64,000 nucleotides of DNA, from the NCBI GenBank assembly GCA_049997855.1, contig JBEKSG010000005.1, positions 1,111-65,110 of the forward strand, read 5' to 3'. The notes below the pieces were generated by a model. It saw only the letters and a list, made by a program, of their open reading frames with translations, had not been told where the DNA came from and did no database searches. The translations under genes and the position numbers were made by a program. Each line of letters starts with the position of its first letter. Positions within the stretch are counted from its first letter, which is position 1. Positions 1-8,722 of the stretch are shown piece after piece. Origin of the DNA: Minisyncoccia bacterium (GTDB taxonomy: Bacteria; Patescibacteriota; Minisyncoccia; Phycocordibacterales; SBAW01).

Positions 1-813
1 GATAGCTTGGCGCGAAGAGTCAGGCGTACCGTCGCTATTGACCGGCGCAGCAATGACCGTCCATCCGCTAAGGCCAGGGTCAGAGGCGCTGCGGGTGCCG
101 TTTGCATCAACATCTTGCCATACGGTGCCTGAAAGAAGCACAGGCCCGAGGCGCGTTTTGAGTATGTTTGAAGGTACATTTGCGTTGTTGGCGGCCGTGT
201 GCACCACTCCTCCCGGTAAGCTGACCGAAACCGGTCCAGCAACCGGCGTGACAGTAAAGCTAAAATTGCGGCCGTCTGAAGAGGTAGATGCCAAGTTTGA
301 TGCTGCTCCGCCGGTTACCGTTATTTTATTTACCGTGAAGTCTGTTACTGCAATCGTAAAGTTTACACTTACGGTAAAAGGACCGGACACGGGTATAGGC
401 AAAGGATCGGGGGAGAGTGCAACGTGCGGCATCACAGTATCGAAACCGATAGAAAATTGTGCGACCTGGTTGCCGATGTTGTTGGTGTCTGTGGCGACAT
501 CAGCCGGCACCGTTACGCCGATAGTGCCGTTTGCCGTTGCGTTAAGATTAAAAGAGTATTGTGCGCCGGAGCCGGTAAAGGAGCTCGCGTCAAGCGTAGC
601 CGGTCCGCTCACTTGCACCACACCGGCGGTAAAGCCGTTTACCGGACTCGAAAAGGTTACGGTAACAGGGATAGTGGCGACATTGGTAATGGGAGAAAGT
701 GTCGAGCTTATGACGGCCGTAGGGCCGCCCGTGGCTGCCAGCGCAAAACACGGAAGCATGCCAGCTGATAACGCGGCGCCAATAATACTAACGACAAGGA
801 GTAGCTTTTTCAT
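1..813 (-). CDS. Secreted repeat-domain protein, partial (C-terminus lies beyond the window start). N-terminal signal peptide [27 protein letters not shown]; contains a Cna B / SdrD B-type motif.
   Basis: Hand translation of the reverse complement from ATG at 813 stays open to position 1. Motif [27 protein letters not shown] matches the Cna B-type consensus SGxVWxDxNxNG...GxxGVxV. The gene is absent from the ORF track because it has no in-window stop. Confidence 0.6.
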   Translation of the reverse strand, partial: MKKLLLVVSIIGAALSAGMLPCFALAATGGPTAVISSTLSPITNVATIPVTVTFSSPVNGFTAGVVQVSGPATLDASSFTGSGAQYSFNLNATANGTIGVTVPADVATDTNNIGNQVAQFSIGFDTVMPHVALSPDPLPIPVSGPFTVSVNFTIAVTDFTVNKITVTGGAASNLASTSSDGRNFSFTVTPVAGPVSVSLPGGVVHTAANNANVPSNILKTRLGPVLLSGTVWQDVDANGTRSASDPGLSGWTVIAAPVNSDGTPDSSRQAI

Positions 814-865
814 GTATGTTATTATGACATACATAAATAGTGTACAAACCAATTGTGAACAACCT

Positions 866-1408
866 ATGAAGCAAAAAGGTTTTACCCTTATAGAGCTTTT
901 AGTGGTAATAGCTATTATTGGTATTCTTGCGAGTATTGTACTCGTTGCTTTAAATTCGGCGCGGGTTAAAGCACGCGACGCAAGACGTATCGCTGATTTA
1001 CATGACATCGTAAATGCGCTCGAACTATACAACGTAACCTATGGGCATTATCCTATCAATGGTTTTGATATTTATGCTTCCGACTGTAACAATACAAGCG
1101 GCTCCAATTGGATACCAAATAATTCGGATTACTCTTGGTTTACTACTGGCAGTATGCCACGCGACCCGGGTCGTACCTGTCCCACGGTGTATCCTTTTGC
1201 GGGTGACAATCGAGCCAGCACGGGGTATGCATATGGCACTGACACTGCCGGCACACGATATCAGCTCATGGCCCGGCTTGAAGACTCAAGCAATCCACAT
1301 ACAATTCAAAACAGTTTAAAAGAAGATTGCAACGGTAAAGTATATACCGACCCCACCTCGCAATATTACAACTACAATTCGCGCACCTATATCCTCGACT
1401 CCTGCTAG
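866..1408 (+). CDS. Type IV pilin / pseudopilin-like protein (prepilin N-terminal methylation motif), 180 aa.
   Basis: [26 protein letters not shown] is the canonical class III signal (G/F cleavage site, Glu+5, hydrophobic helix). The ATG at 866 is in frame with ORF 38..1408. The upstream part of that ORF is the antisense shadow of the minus-strand gene at 1..813. Confidence 0.85.
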   Translation: MKQKGFTLIELLVVIAIIGILASIVLVALNSARVKARDARRIADLHDIVNALELYNVTYGHYPINGFDIYASDCNNTSGSNWIPNNSDYSWFTTGSMPRDPGRTCPTVYPFAGDNRASTGYAYGTDTAGTRYQLMARLEDSSNPHTIQNSLKEDCNGKVYTDPTSQYYNYNSRTYILDSC

Positions 1409-1417
1409 TTTGCTTTT

Positions 1418-1459
1418 GAGTTAAAAAAATAAAAAAGAGCGGGGCTCTCGCCTCCGCTC
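1418..1459 (-). terminator. Hairpin plus T-tract, read on the minus strand, downstream of CDS 1458..1766; the A-tract on the plus side may also serve the pilin gene.
   Basis: GAGCGGGGC-tctc-GCC-t-CCGCTC stem (about 1437-1459) is followed on the minus strand by TTTTTTATTTTTTT. It lies between convergent genes. Confidence 0.45.
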
Positions 1460-1766
1460 AAGAACGCAATGTAAACAAATTATACTGCCGTGCCTTAGCA
1501 TCCTCAATCTTTTTTTGCTTGGCCTTTTTACGTTTTGTTTCTACACCCTTTTGTGCCATGCGTTGACGTAGGATGTGTGTGACCACTTCGATTTTGCTGA
1601 CAAGCTCCTTGCACGGGATCCACGCAAGTCCTTGTAAATACTGAGCAACCATCTCAGTAATGTATTTGGATTTTTGCTCCTCGGTAAACTTAAATGGCTT
1701 GATTCCTCTCCATAAATGCTTGAGGATGGAGCTAGCCAAGTCTTCGTCGCTCGGCCCAGCCATCAC
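1458..1766 (-). CDS. Hypothetical small basic protein (102 aa), GTG/ATG start.
   Basis: ORF track. It overlaps the upstream small ORF by 4 nt. No motif recognised. Confidence 0.45.
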   Translation of the reverse strand: MMAGPSDEDLASSILKHLWRGIKPFKFTEEQKSKYITEMVAQYLQGLAWIPCKELVSKIEVVTHILRQRMAQKGVETKRKKAKQKKIEDAKARQYNLFTLRS

Positions 1767-1969
1767 GCCCTCCGTTGCGAGGCGCGCTGCTCGTCATACT
1801 TGTCGCGGGCAAATTGGGTACCAACTTGCGACATAAGGCGTCTTACATCATCCTTGTTGGTAATGCCGACGCCTTTTATTGCCTTTCCAATTGCATCAGG
1901 TTCGGAGATTGCCTCTCCGTTTTGGAGTTTGCGTTTTGCGCTTATCGCCAGCGTTTTGATATTAGTCAT
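1763..1969 (-). CDS. Hypothetical small protein (68 aa; MTNIKTLAISAKRKLQNGEAISEPDAIGKAIKG...).
   Basis: Internal ATG of ORF 1763..2026. It is preceded on the minus strand by GAGGAGG about 10 nt upstream, one of the few clear SD sequences in the window. Confidence 0.45.
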   Translation of the reverse strand: MTNIKTLAISAKRKLQNGEAISEPDAIGKAIKGVGITNKDDVRRLMSQVGTQFARDKYDEQRASQRRA

Positions 1970-2057
1970 TTGTTTTGCGCCTCCTCGCGCATTGGTGGGA
2001 GATACGCAACACTGGTCCGTTAGCATTATGCAGTAAAATTGGCAGTAAAGTCAATAA

Positions 2058-2531
2058 CTACGCAAGCAGGCTGTCCACAACTTCTTTAACCATAGCGCCA
2101 TCAGCTTTGCCCTTTAAATCCTTCATCAGTGCGCTCATGAGCTGATTTGCGCCGCTTTTGCCCGCCTCGAGCAGGGCCGAGAGGTTAATTCCAAGTTCGG
2201 CGGCTTTGGCTTTAGCGGCTGCCTCAACCTCTGTCTTGCTCATCTGGGCGGGGAGCAGGGTTGTGAGCACGGCTAGCTCGGCCTTCTCGCTCTCGGCAAG
2301 CTCGGGGCGGCCGCCCGCCTCAAACTGCTCGATGGAATCTTTGCGTTGTTTGCTTGCCTTCATAATTACCGAAAGCACCTCATCTTCGGTGAGAATGCCG
2401 CTCCCGCCACGGCCTTTAGCTATGAGCTCGTTTGTACAAGCCGCTATGAGGGAACGCATCACACTCAGTTTAATCGGCTCTTTTGCCTTCATCGCGGCAA
2501 TCATAGCCGCTTGTATGTCTTGTTGCGTCAT
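2058..2531 (-). CDS. yqeY: GatB/YqeY domain protein.
   Basis: MTQQDIQAAMIAAMKAKEPIKLSVMRSLIAACTNELIAKGRG... is a typical YqeY N-terminus. Start taken at the internal Met (cat at 2529-2531); the longer ORF N-extension looks non-coding. Confidence 0.8.
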   Translation of the reverse strand: MTQQDIQAAMIAAMKAKEPIKLSVMRSLIAACTNELIAKGRGGSGILTEDEVLSVIMKASKQRKDSIEQFEAGGRPELAESEKAELAVLTTLLPAQMSKTEVEAAAKAKAAELGINLSALLEAGKSGANQLMSALMKDLKGKADGAMVKEVVDSLLA

Positions 2532-2571
2532 AACAGGAAGTATAGCAAAAAAATGGTAAGATACTACCAAT

Positions 2572-3678
2572 ATGACGGGATGGATCATCATTGGACTTCT
2601 TTTAATAATTCTTGCGGTAGCCGGGTATTTGCTATTTATCAATAGGAATCAAAAATCCTTAGAAGACAAAGGATCATTAGAACTCTCACGCAAGATTGAC
2701 CTTCTTGAAAATACATTCAAGAACATTAACGACATGACCTTAAGACAGCTTGGTGAAATCAAGTCGGATGTTTCAGATAATCTCAAAACAAATAGAGAAA
2801 CAATCGACTTATCATCTCGAACTATGCATCAACAAATCGGTAATTTTACGAAATCTATCACAGAGATGGAGGGGAATCTTAGAAATGTGTTTGATTCTAT
2901 AAAGACTTCTAACGATAGAATGTCTTCTTTCCAAGATATGTTTAAAACGCCAAAGTTGAGGGGCCAGTGGGGTGAGTCCAACTTAGAATATTTGCTTGAG
3001 CAAACATATTCTCACGAGAGAGTATTAAGGCAGCACTATTTTAAAAGTGGGAACCCAGTCGATTTTGCCATTAAGTTACCTAATGATTTGCTGCTTCCCA
3101 TAGATTCAAAGTTTCCTATGGAAGTGTTTGTGGCATTTGCCGAGGAGACAGATCCATCGGAAAAGCTAAGAAAAAAACAAACATTTGTTTCTGCGGTAAA
3201 AAAAGAAATAGATTCAATTTCGTCTAAATATATCATTCCAGAAGAGGCTACAATGGATTTCGCTCTTTTATATGTTCCAGCAGAAGCTGTCTACTATGAG
3301 TTGATGTTCTCAATGAAAGACTATGATTTGGTTGAGTATGCTCAACGGAAAAGAGTACAACTTGTATCCCCAAATACCCTAAACCTAACATTAGGTGTGA
3401 TTGAACATTGGGTTAAAGATATTACTGTAAATAAGGAGACCAAGGAGATACTAAAAAGATTAAATACTATTTTACAGGATGGAAAAAAACTTTCAGATAG
3501 TTTTACAAAATTAGGGAAACATATCTCAAATGTTCAAAGTGCTTATAATGACTCCGGAGAGAGATTAAACCTATTGACAGGTAGAGTTGAAAGAGTCATT
3601 ACAATAGGGACTAAAACTGAAAAAAACAACGATCTCGAAATACCACTTTTAGAGAAGTCAAGCGTTATTGAAGAGTAA
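2572..3678 (+). CDS. rmuC: DNA recombination protein RmuC.
   Basis: N-terminal TM helix, coiled coil, and the conserved block KLRGQWGESNLEYLLE...PNDLLLPIDSKFP...NTLNLTLGVIEHW. The gene is visibly AT-rich compared with both flanks. Confidence 0.85.
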   Translation: MTGWIIIGLLLIILAVAGYLLFINRNQKSLEDKGSLELSRKIDLLENTFKNINDMTLRQLGEIKSDVSDNLKTNRETIDLSSRTMHQQIGNFTKSITEMEGNLRNVFDSIKTSNDRMSSFQDMFKTPKLRGQWGESNLEYLLEQTYSHERVLRQHYFKSGNPVDFAIKLPNDLLLPIDSKFPMEVFVAFAEETDPSEKLRKKQTFVSAVKKEIDSISSKYIIPEEATMDFALLYVPAEAVYYELMFSMKDYDLVEYAQRKRVQLVSPNTLNLTLGVIEHWVKDITVNKETKEILKRLNTILQDGKKLSDSFTKLGKHISNVQSAYNDSGERLNLLTGRVERVITIGTKTEKNNDLEIPLLEKSSVIEE

Positions 3679-3737
3679 AAATATTTTAACCTTGCACAAA
3701 TAAGGCTTTCAGGCTACTATGCCCCGGGTATATCTAT

Positions 3738-4085
3738 ATGTCTAAAAATTTCGCGATAATCCAAACCGGCGGCAAGCAATATCTCGTTGAGGAAGGCGCT
3801 ACTCTCAAGGTAGAAAAAATCAAAGGTCCCCATAGCGAAACGGGCTACGGCACCTACAACGTGGGCGATAAGGTCGTTTTTGACGAAGTGCTCCTTGCCG
3901 ACGACGGCAACGCCACAACGCTCGGCGAGCCGTTTATCAAGGGCTCCAAGGTAGAGGCTGAGGTTACCAAAATCTCCCGCGCCAAAAAAGTGACGGTCAT
4001 CAAATACAAAGCCAAGAGCAACTATTTTAAAAAACGCGGCCATCGCCAGCCGTATTTTGAAGTCAAAATCACAAAGCTCGCGTAG
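3738..4085 (+). CDS. rplU: 50S ribosomal protein L21.
   Basis: MSKNFAIIQTGGKQYLVEEG... is the L21 signature. Confidence 0.9.
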   Translation: MSKNFAIIQTGGKQYLVEEGATLKVEKIKGPHSETGYGTYNVGDKVVFDEVLLADDGNATTLGEPFIKGSKVEAEVTKISRAKKVTVIKYKAKSNYFKKRGHRQPYFEVKITKLA

Positions 4086-4110
4086 TGTCATTGCCCTAAA
4101 AACTTGCATG

Positions 4111-4728
4111 CTATCCTCGCGAATTTAATGCACTGGCGATCGTGTCTGGGTCAGCATACTCCAGCTCCGAGCCTGTTGAGAGGCCTCGGCCGAGCGAGGA
4201 GAGCGTAAAGCTGAGTCCTTCGGAGAGGGGAAGGAGTTTTTCCTGCAAGATAAGGCGGGTGTGATCGCCCTCGGTGGTGGCCGAGAGGCCGAGGATGACT
4301 TCTTTAAGTTTGCCCGTGCTTGCCTCCTCCTCAACACGTTTGAGGAGCTCGCGCACGCGTATGTACTTTTGAGTATCTTCGGCGGCAAGCGGTATTGTGC
4401 CGCCAAGCACAAAATAGAGACCGCCAAAATCGCTCCGCTCGACATTGTCCATATCGGCATCCTTTTCGACTACAAAAAGGAGTCCTTCGTCGCGTCGCGA
4501 GCTTGCGCATATGCTGCACAGATTGCTTTTACGGTCTTCTTTAACAAACCAACGAAAGCATTTTTTGCACTGCGTGGTATGCGCGCCGAGCCGTTGTATC
4601 GTTTCGCCGAGCTCGCCGCGCGCGGCGGGCGATGCGGCAAGGAGATATTGCACAAAGCGCCGCGCCTGGCGCGGCCCGATGCCGGGAAAGTGCTCAAAAG
4701 CTGAAGTGAGTTTTTCAATCGGGTTCAT
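4111..4728 (-). CDS. recR: Recombination protein RecR.
   Basis: HhH motif FPGIGPRQARR, C4 zinc finger (CKKC...CSIC) and a Toprim region. Confidence 0.9.
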   Translation of the reverse strand: MNPIEKLTSAFEHFPGIGPRQARRFVQYLLAASPAARGELGETIQRLGAHTTQCKKCFRWFVKEDRKSNLCSICASSRRDEGLLFVVEKDADMDNVERSDFGGLYFVLGGTIPLAAEDTQKYIRVRELLKRVEEEASTGKLKEVILGLSATTEGDHTRLILQEKLLPLSEGLSFTLSSLGRGLSTGSELEYADPDTIASALNSRG

Positions 4729-4733
4729 AGGAG

Positions 4734-4845
4734 GTCGCAGAAGAAATAAATTTTAAGGGCAATAAATCGAGGCTGACTGAGCCGAGACATACTAATTTTT
4801 TAGCAAAAAAATTAGGGTGACCTAAAAACTTATTTCTTCTGCGAC
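4734..4845. repeat. Perfect 16-bp inverted repeat GTCGCAGAAGAAATAA ... TTATTTCTTCTGCGAC flanking about 80 bp of AT-rich spacer. Structured intergenic element or MITE-like insert between dnaB and recR.
   Basis: Read directly: 4734-4749 and 4830-4845 are exact reverse complements. The spacer contains a small GGCTGA/TGAGCC hairpin. Confidence 0.6.
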
Positions 4846-4852
4846 TAGTATA

Positions 4853-6232
4853 CTAGAAATCCTGGGATACGCTCTCAAATGCGCCAAAGTCGGTCTTCTC
4901 CAAGCTTTGGAAGGTCGTGCGTTTTTCGTCAAAGTAGAGCTCAATTTTGCCCACGGGGCCGTTGCGGTGCTTCTCGATGAGTATCTCGGCAATATTTGGA
5001 CGCTCGCTCTCTTTGTTGGTTTTGTCGTCGCGATGGATAAACATGACCACGTCGGCGTCTTGCTCGATGGAGCCGGAGTCGCGCAAATCGGAAAGACGAG
5101 GCTTGCCGCCGCGTTGCTCGACGGCGCGCGAGAGTTGCGAGAGCGCCAGCACTGGCACATCGAGCTCGCGCGCCAAGTTTTTGAGTGAGCGGGAAATTTC
5201 GGTCACTTGCTGGACCAGGCTGTCGCTCGCGCGCGTGCCGGTTGGCACCATGAGCTGAAGGTAGTCGACAATAAGGAGCCCAAGGCCATGCTCCTTTTTG
5301 AGCCGTCGCGCGGTGGCGCGCATTTTTAAAATATTGTTGCCTGGCTCGTCGCTGATAAAAATGGGCGCGGCACCCAATTTGCCATAAGCCTCGCGTATCC
5401 TATCCCAGTCATCTTGATTGTTGATATGTCCGGTGCGGAGATTCCACGAGTTGACGCCCGCCTCGGCCGCCACCATGCGGTCGATAAGCTGTTGCGCGGC
5501 CATCTCAAGCGAAAATACGCCGACCACAGTGCCGTGCTGTACCGCCGACTGCCTGGCGATGTCGAGCGCGAGCGAGGTTTTGCCGACGCTAGGCCTTGCC
5601 GCCAAAATGATGAGGTCTGACTTTTGCAGGCCGGCGAGCATATTGTCCAAATCTTTAAAGCCGGTGCGCACGCCGCGCAACTCGTCTTTGTGCTCATGCA
5701 AATGCTCGAGGCGCGTCCATGCCTCTTTAAGCGAGTCGCCAAGCGCCGTAAATTTGGAGAGCGTCGGTGTCGAAGTTACTTCGTAAATCTTTTTCTCTGC
5801 CTTTTCTAATGTTTCGTCAAGCTCGCCTACTTCGTCGTAGCCGAGCTCGGCGACAAACTCGCCTGCGTCGATAAGGTTCCGAAGCATGTACTTTTTTTGC
5901 ACCTGCACCGCATAGTGCCGCGCGCTCGAAGCGGCTGGTACATTGCTGACCAACTCGGCTAGATAGCCAATGCCGCCTATTTGCTCGAGTGTTCCTTCAT
6001 CACCGAGCTTGCCGCGCACGCTCTCAATGTCGACCGGCTCGCTCTTGGTGTAAAGCGCAAGCATCGCGCGATAGATGATGCGATGCTTCTCGCTGTAAAA
6101 AGCGTCGGGCGAGAGAAGGTCGCTCGACTCGCTCATGCCGTCGGGACGTATCATGAGGGCGCCAAGCAAAGCTTTCTCGCTCTCCAGCGTTTGCGGCGGC
6201 ACGCGGAGTGGATCGTTACGCTTTTTTACCAT
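4853..6232 (-). CDS. dnaB: Replicative DNA helicase DnaB (no intein).
   Basis: Walker A GKTSLALD, DnaB N-terminal domain, and the characteristic SQLSRAVEQRGGKPRLSDLRDSGSIEQDADVVMFIHRD block. Confidence 0.95.
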   Translation of the reverse strand: MVKKRNDPLRVPPQTLESEKALLGALMIRPDGMSESSDLLSPDAFYSEKHRIIYRAMLALYTKSEPVDIESVRGKLGDEGTLEQIGGIGYLAELVSNVPAASSARHYAVQVQKKYMLRNLIDAGEFVAELGYDEVGELDETLEKAEKKIYEVTSTPTLSKFTALGDSLKEAWTRLEHLHEHKDELRGVRTGFKDLDNMLAGLQKSDLIILAARPSVGKTSLALDIARQSAVQHGTVVGVFSLEMAAQQLIDRMVAAEAGVNSWNLRTGHINNQDDWDRIREAYGKLGAAPIFISDEPGNNILKMRATARRLKKEHGLGLLIVDYLQLMVPTGTRASDSLVQQVTEISRSLKNLARELDVPVLALSQLSRAVEQRGGKPRLSDLRDSGSIEQDADVVMFIHRDDKTNKESERPNIAEILIEKHRNGPVGKIELYFDEKRTTFQSLEKTDFGAFESVSQDF

Positions 6233-6300
6233 CCACTATAGAGTACTCTTTTTATGCAAGGGAGGGTATGTTGACGAGCGGTGGACAGATGGGGGATAAC

Positions 6301-7752
6301 CTATTTTTTGCTTAGTTTTTGGCCCTCCGGCGTGTCTTGTATCTCGTAACCGAGCGCTTCTATCTGCCCGCGCAGGTCGTCTGCTTTGGTAAAATCTTTG
6401 CCCGCGCGCGCAACTTCGCGTTCTTTAACGAGCATTTGGATATCCTCAGGCAAATCGGTTTGCTCGAGCACTGCCAATTTATACGGAGGTTTAACCTCCG
6501 CGAGCCCCAAGCCAAGTATCTTATCTGCTTCGATTAAAGTAGCGCGGTTGAGATTTTTTATGTGCTCCCACACGAGCGCGAGCGCTTTTGGCGTGTCGAG
6601 ATCGTTGGCGATTGCAGTGTAGAAATTATTTAGGAAGTTTGATGCGGAGGACATAGATGCCGCTGACGTCGAACTCAACTCTAGAAAATGCCTTTGTAGC
6701 CGCTTGAGCGCGGTGTCGGCTCCCTCGATTGCCTCCCAAGTGAAGTTCATCGGGCTTCGATAGTGGCCGGTTAAGTACCAATAGCGAAGCGCCATGGGGG
6801 AGAAACCGCGCTCGATTATTTGATGCAGATAAATAGTGTTGCCTTGCGATTTGGAGAGCCGCTTGCCCTCGATGGTAATAAACGCATTGTGCATCCAATA
6901 GCGTACAAATTGTTTGCCGGTTGCCGCCTCGGCCTGCGCTATCTCGTTGTTGTGATGTATCGGTACGAGGTCGATACCGCCCAAGTGTATGTCTATTTGT
7001 TTGCCGAGAAGTGTAAAAATCATCGCAGTGCATTCTGTATGCCAGCCGGGGAAGCCCACGCCCCACGGGCTTTTCCACTCTTGTTGGCGTTGCTCGCCCT
7101 TTGGGGAAAACTTCCACAGCGCAAAGTCATACGCGTTTTTTTTCTGCATATTTTCTCCGACGCGGACGCCGTCTTTTTGTCCGCTCAAATTGATAGCCCC
7201 TAGTTTGCCGTACGCGGCAAATTTTGACGTATCAAAATATACGCCGTCGTCTATGATGTAGGCGTAGCCTTTTTCTTCGAGTGTTTTAACCAGCGCGACT
7301 TGCTCCGCTATATAGCGGCTCGCCCGCGGGAACTCTATCTTTGAACGGTCGATACCGAGGCTATCGAGATCGTTAAAATAAAGCTGCGTGATTGTCTCGG
7401 CAATCTCCTGCGCGCTAGCCCCGTGTTTTTTGGCGCTCACTTCCATCCTATCCTCGCCACGGTCGGCGTCGCCCGCGTTGTCGCCGGTTAAGTGGCCGAC
7501 GTCGGTAATATTGCTCACATGATGCACCGGGTAACCCCACGCCTCAAGCGTCTTTTTTAATGTGTTGGCAAGGAGCGGCCCGCGCAAGTTGCCGATATGT
7601 TGCTCCTCATACACGGTTGGACCGCAATTGTACATCTTGACCGTCTCGTTAAGAGGCTCAAATGGCTCCACCTCTCCCGAAAGGGTATTGTGGAGTTTCA
7701 ATGCGGGGAAGCCGCTTTGTTTTTTAGAGGTAAAGAGTGAGAGAATGCCCAT
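6301..7752 (-). CDS. cysS: Cysteine--tRNA ligase.
   Basis: Class I HIGH motif (MYNCGPTVYEEQHIGNLRG), KMSKS variant (RLSKSQGN), zinc-binding Cys, CysRS anticodon-binding domain. Confidence 0.95.
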   Translation of the reverse strand: MGILSLFTSKKQSGFPALKLHNTLSGEVEPFEPLNETVKMYNCGPTVYEEQHIGNLRGPLLANTLKKTLEAWGYPVHHVSNITDVGHLTGDNAGDADRGEDRMEVSAKKHGASAQEIAETITQLYFNDLDSLGIDRSKIEFPRASRYIAEQVALVKTLEEKGYAYIIDDGVYFDTSKFAAYGKLGAINLSGQKDGVRVGENMQKKNAYDFALWKFSPKGEQRQQEWKSPWGVGFPGWHTECTAMIFTLLGKQIDIHLGGIDLVPIHHNNEIAQAEAATGKQFVRYWMHNAFITIEGKRLSKSQGNTIYLHQIIERGFSPMALRYWYLTGHYRSPMNFTWEAIEGADTALKRLQRHFLELSSTSAASMSSASNFLNNFYTAIANDLDTPKALALVWEHIKNLNRATLIEADKILGLGLAEVKPPYKLAVLEQTDLPEDIQMLVKEREVARAGKDFTKADDLRGQIEALGYEIQDTPEGQKLSKK

Positions 7753-7770
7753 GATATAAGAGTGACGCTT

Positions 7771-8679
7771 TTAGAGCCACCCTTTGCGCTTGAAATATAC
7801 AAAAAATCCCACCACAAGCAAAGCCATAAAGCCGGTAATAACCCAAAAATCACCCGGCGTGCCCAGGATGGGTGTGTCGTGCGTATTCATCTGAAAAAGT
7901 CCTTCTATAAAGGTGAGGGGGAGAAATAAAAAAGCGATAACGGTAAACATCTTCATGACCTCGTTTTGCTTGGTCGAGAGAAGCGAGTTATTGGTCTCGC
8001 GCAGCTCCACAAGCGACTCGCGCAGGTGTTCTACGCTGTGTGCCACGCGCTCATACTCGCCCTCCACATTGTGCACATAATATAAAAACTCCTGGCCAAA
8101 CAGTTGCGTCCCCGCCGACTCGAGCGAGCGGAGCATCTCGCGGTGCGGCAGCAAAACTTGTCGAAAATCGTAGATGATGCGTCCGGTTTTGCTTATCTGC
8201 AAAACCATCGTGCGCTCTTTGCCCTCAAAGATGCGATCCTCGATGTCTATTAAATGCTTTTCGATAATATCGCACTCGTTGACCAGCGCCTGATACAAGC
8301 TCGTGACCATGGCGACAAATACGTGGCCTCCATGCACTGCATTTTGCTGGCCGAGCACGGTGTGCACCTCAAATACTTTTGCAAAGGAGTGCAGGTGGTC
8401 AGTAGCGGCGTAGCGCGCGGTAATCAAAAAGTTTTTTCCTATGATAAAGTCTATCTCTTGCGTCGGGCGCTCGTTAAGGCCGCGCAAAATAGGGAAGTGG
8501 AGTATCACGTACAATTGCTCGCCGTGACGCTCGACTTTTGGTTTGTAGGAGGGCATGAGCAACTCTTCGGCAATGAGCGGGTCTATTGCAAACTCCTGCA
8601 TAATTGAGCGCACCTCCGCCGGCGTGGGAGAAACAAGGTCTATCCACGTTAAGTTGCGCTCTGCATATCGCGTAAGCAT
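7771..8679 (-). CDS. corA: CorA-family Mg2+/Co2+ transporter.
   Basis: Two C-terminal TM helices with the GMN-type signature (FIEGLFQMN); CorA cytoplasmic domain. Confidence 0.85.
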   Translation of the reverse strand: MLTRYAERNLTWIDLVSPTPAEVRSIMQEFAIDPLIAEELLMPSYKPKVERHGEQLYVILHFPILRGLNERPTQEIDFIIGKNFLITARYAATDHLHSFAKVFEVHTVLGQQNAVHGGHVFVAMVTSLYQALVNECDIIEKHLIDIEDRIFEGKERTMVLQISKTGRIIYDFRQVLLPHREMLRSLESAGTQLFGQEFLYYVHNVEGEYERVAHSVEHLRESLVELRETNNSLLSTKQNEVMKMFTVIAFLFLPLTFIEGLFQMNTHDTPILGTPGDFWVITGFMALLVVGFFVYFKRKGWL

Positions 8680-8722
8680 ATTGTTCAGTATAACATCCTA
8701 TATGCTATACTTGGCATTAAGT

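Noticed and set aside
38-865. N-terminal 276 codons of the 456-aa plus-strand ORF.
   Set aside because: Antisense shadow of the minus-strand secreted-protein gene (1..813). It has no start context, and the pilin gene begins at the internal ATG 866 with a perfect prepilin signal.
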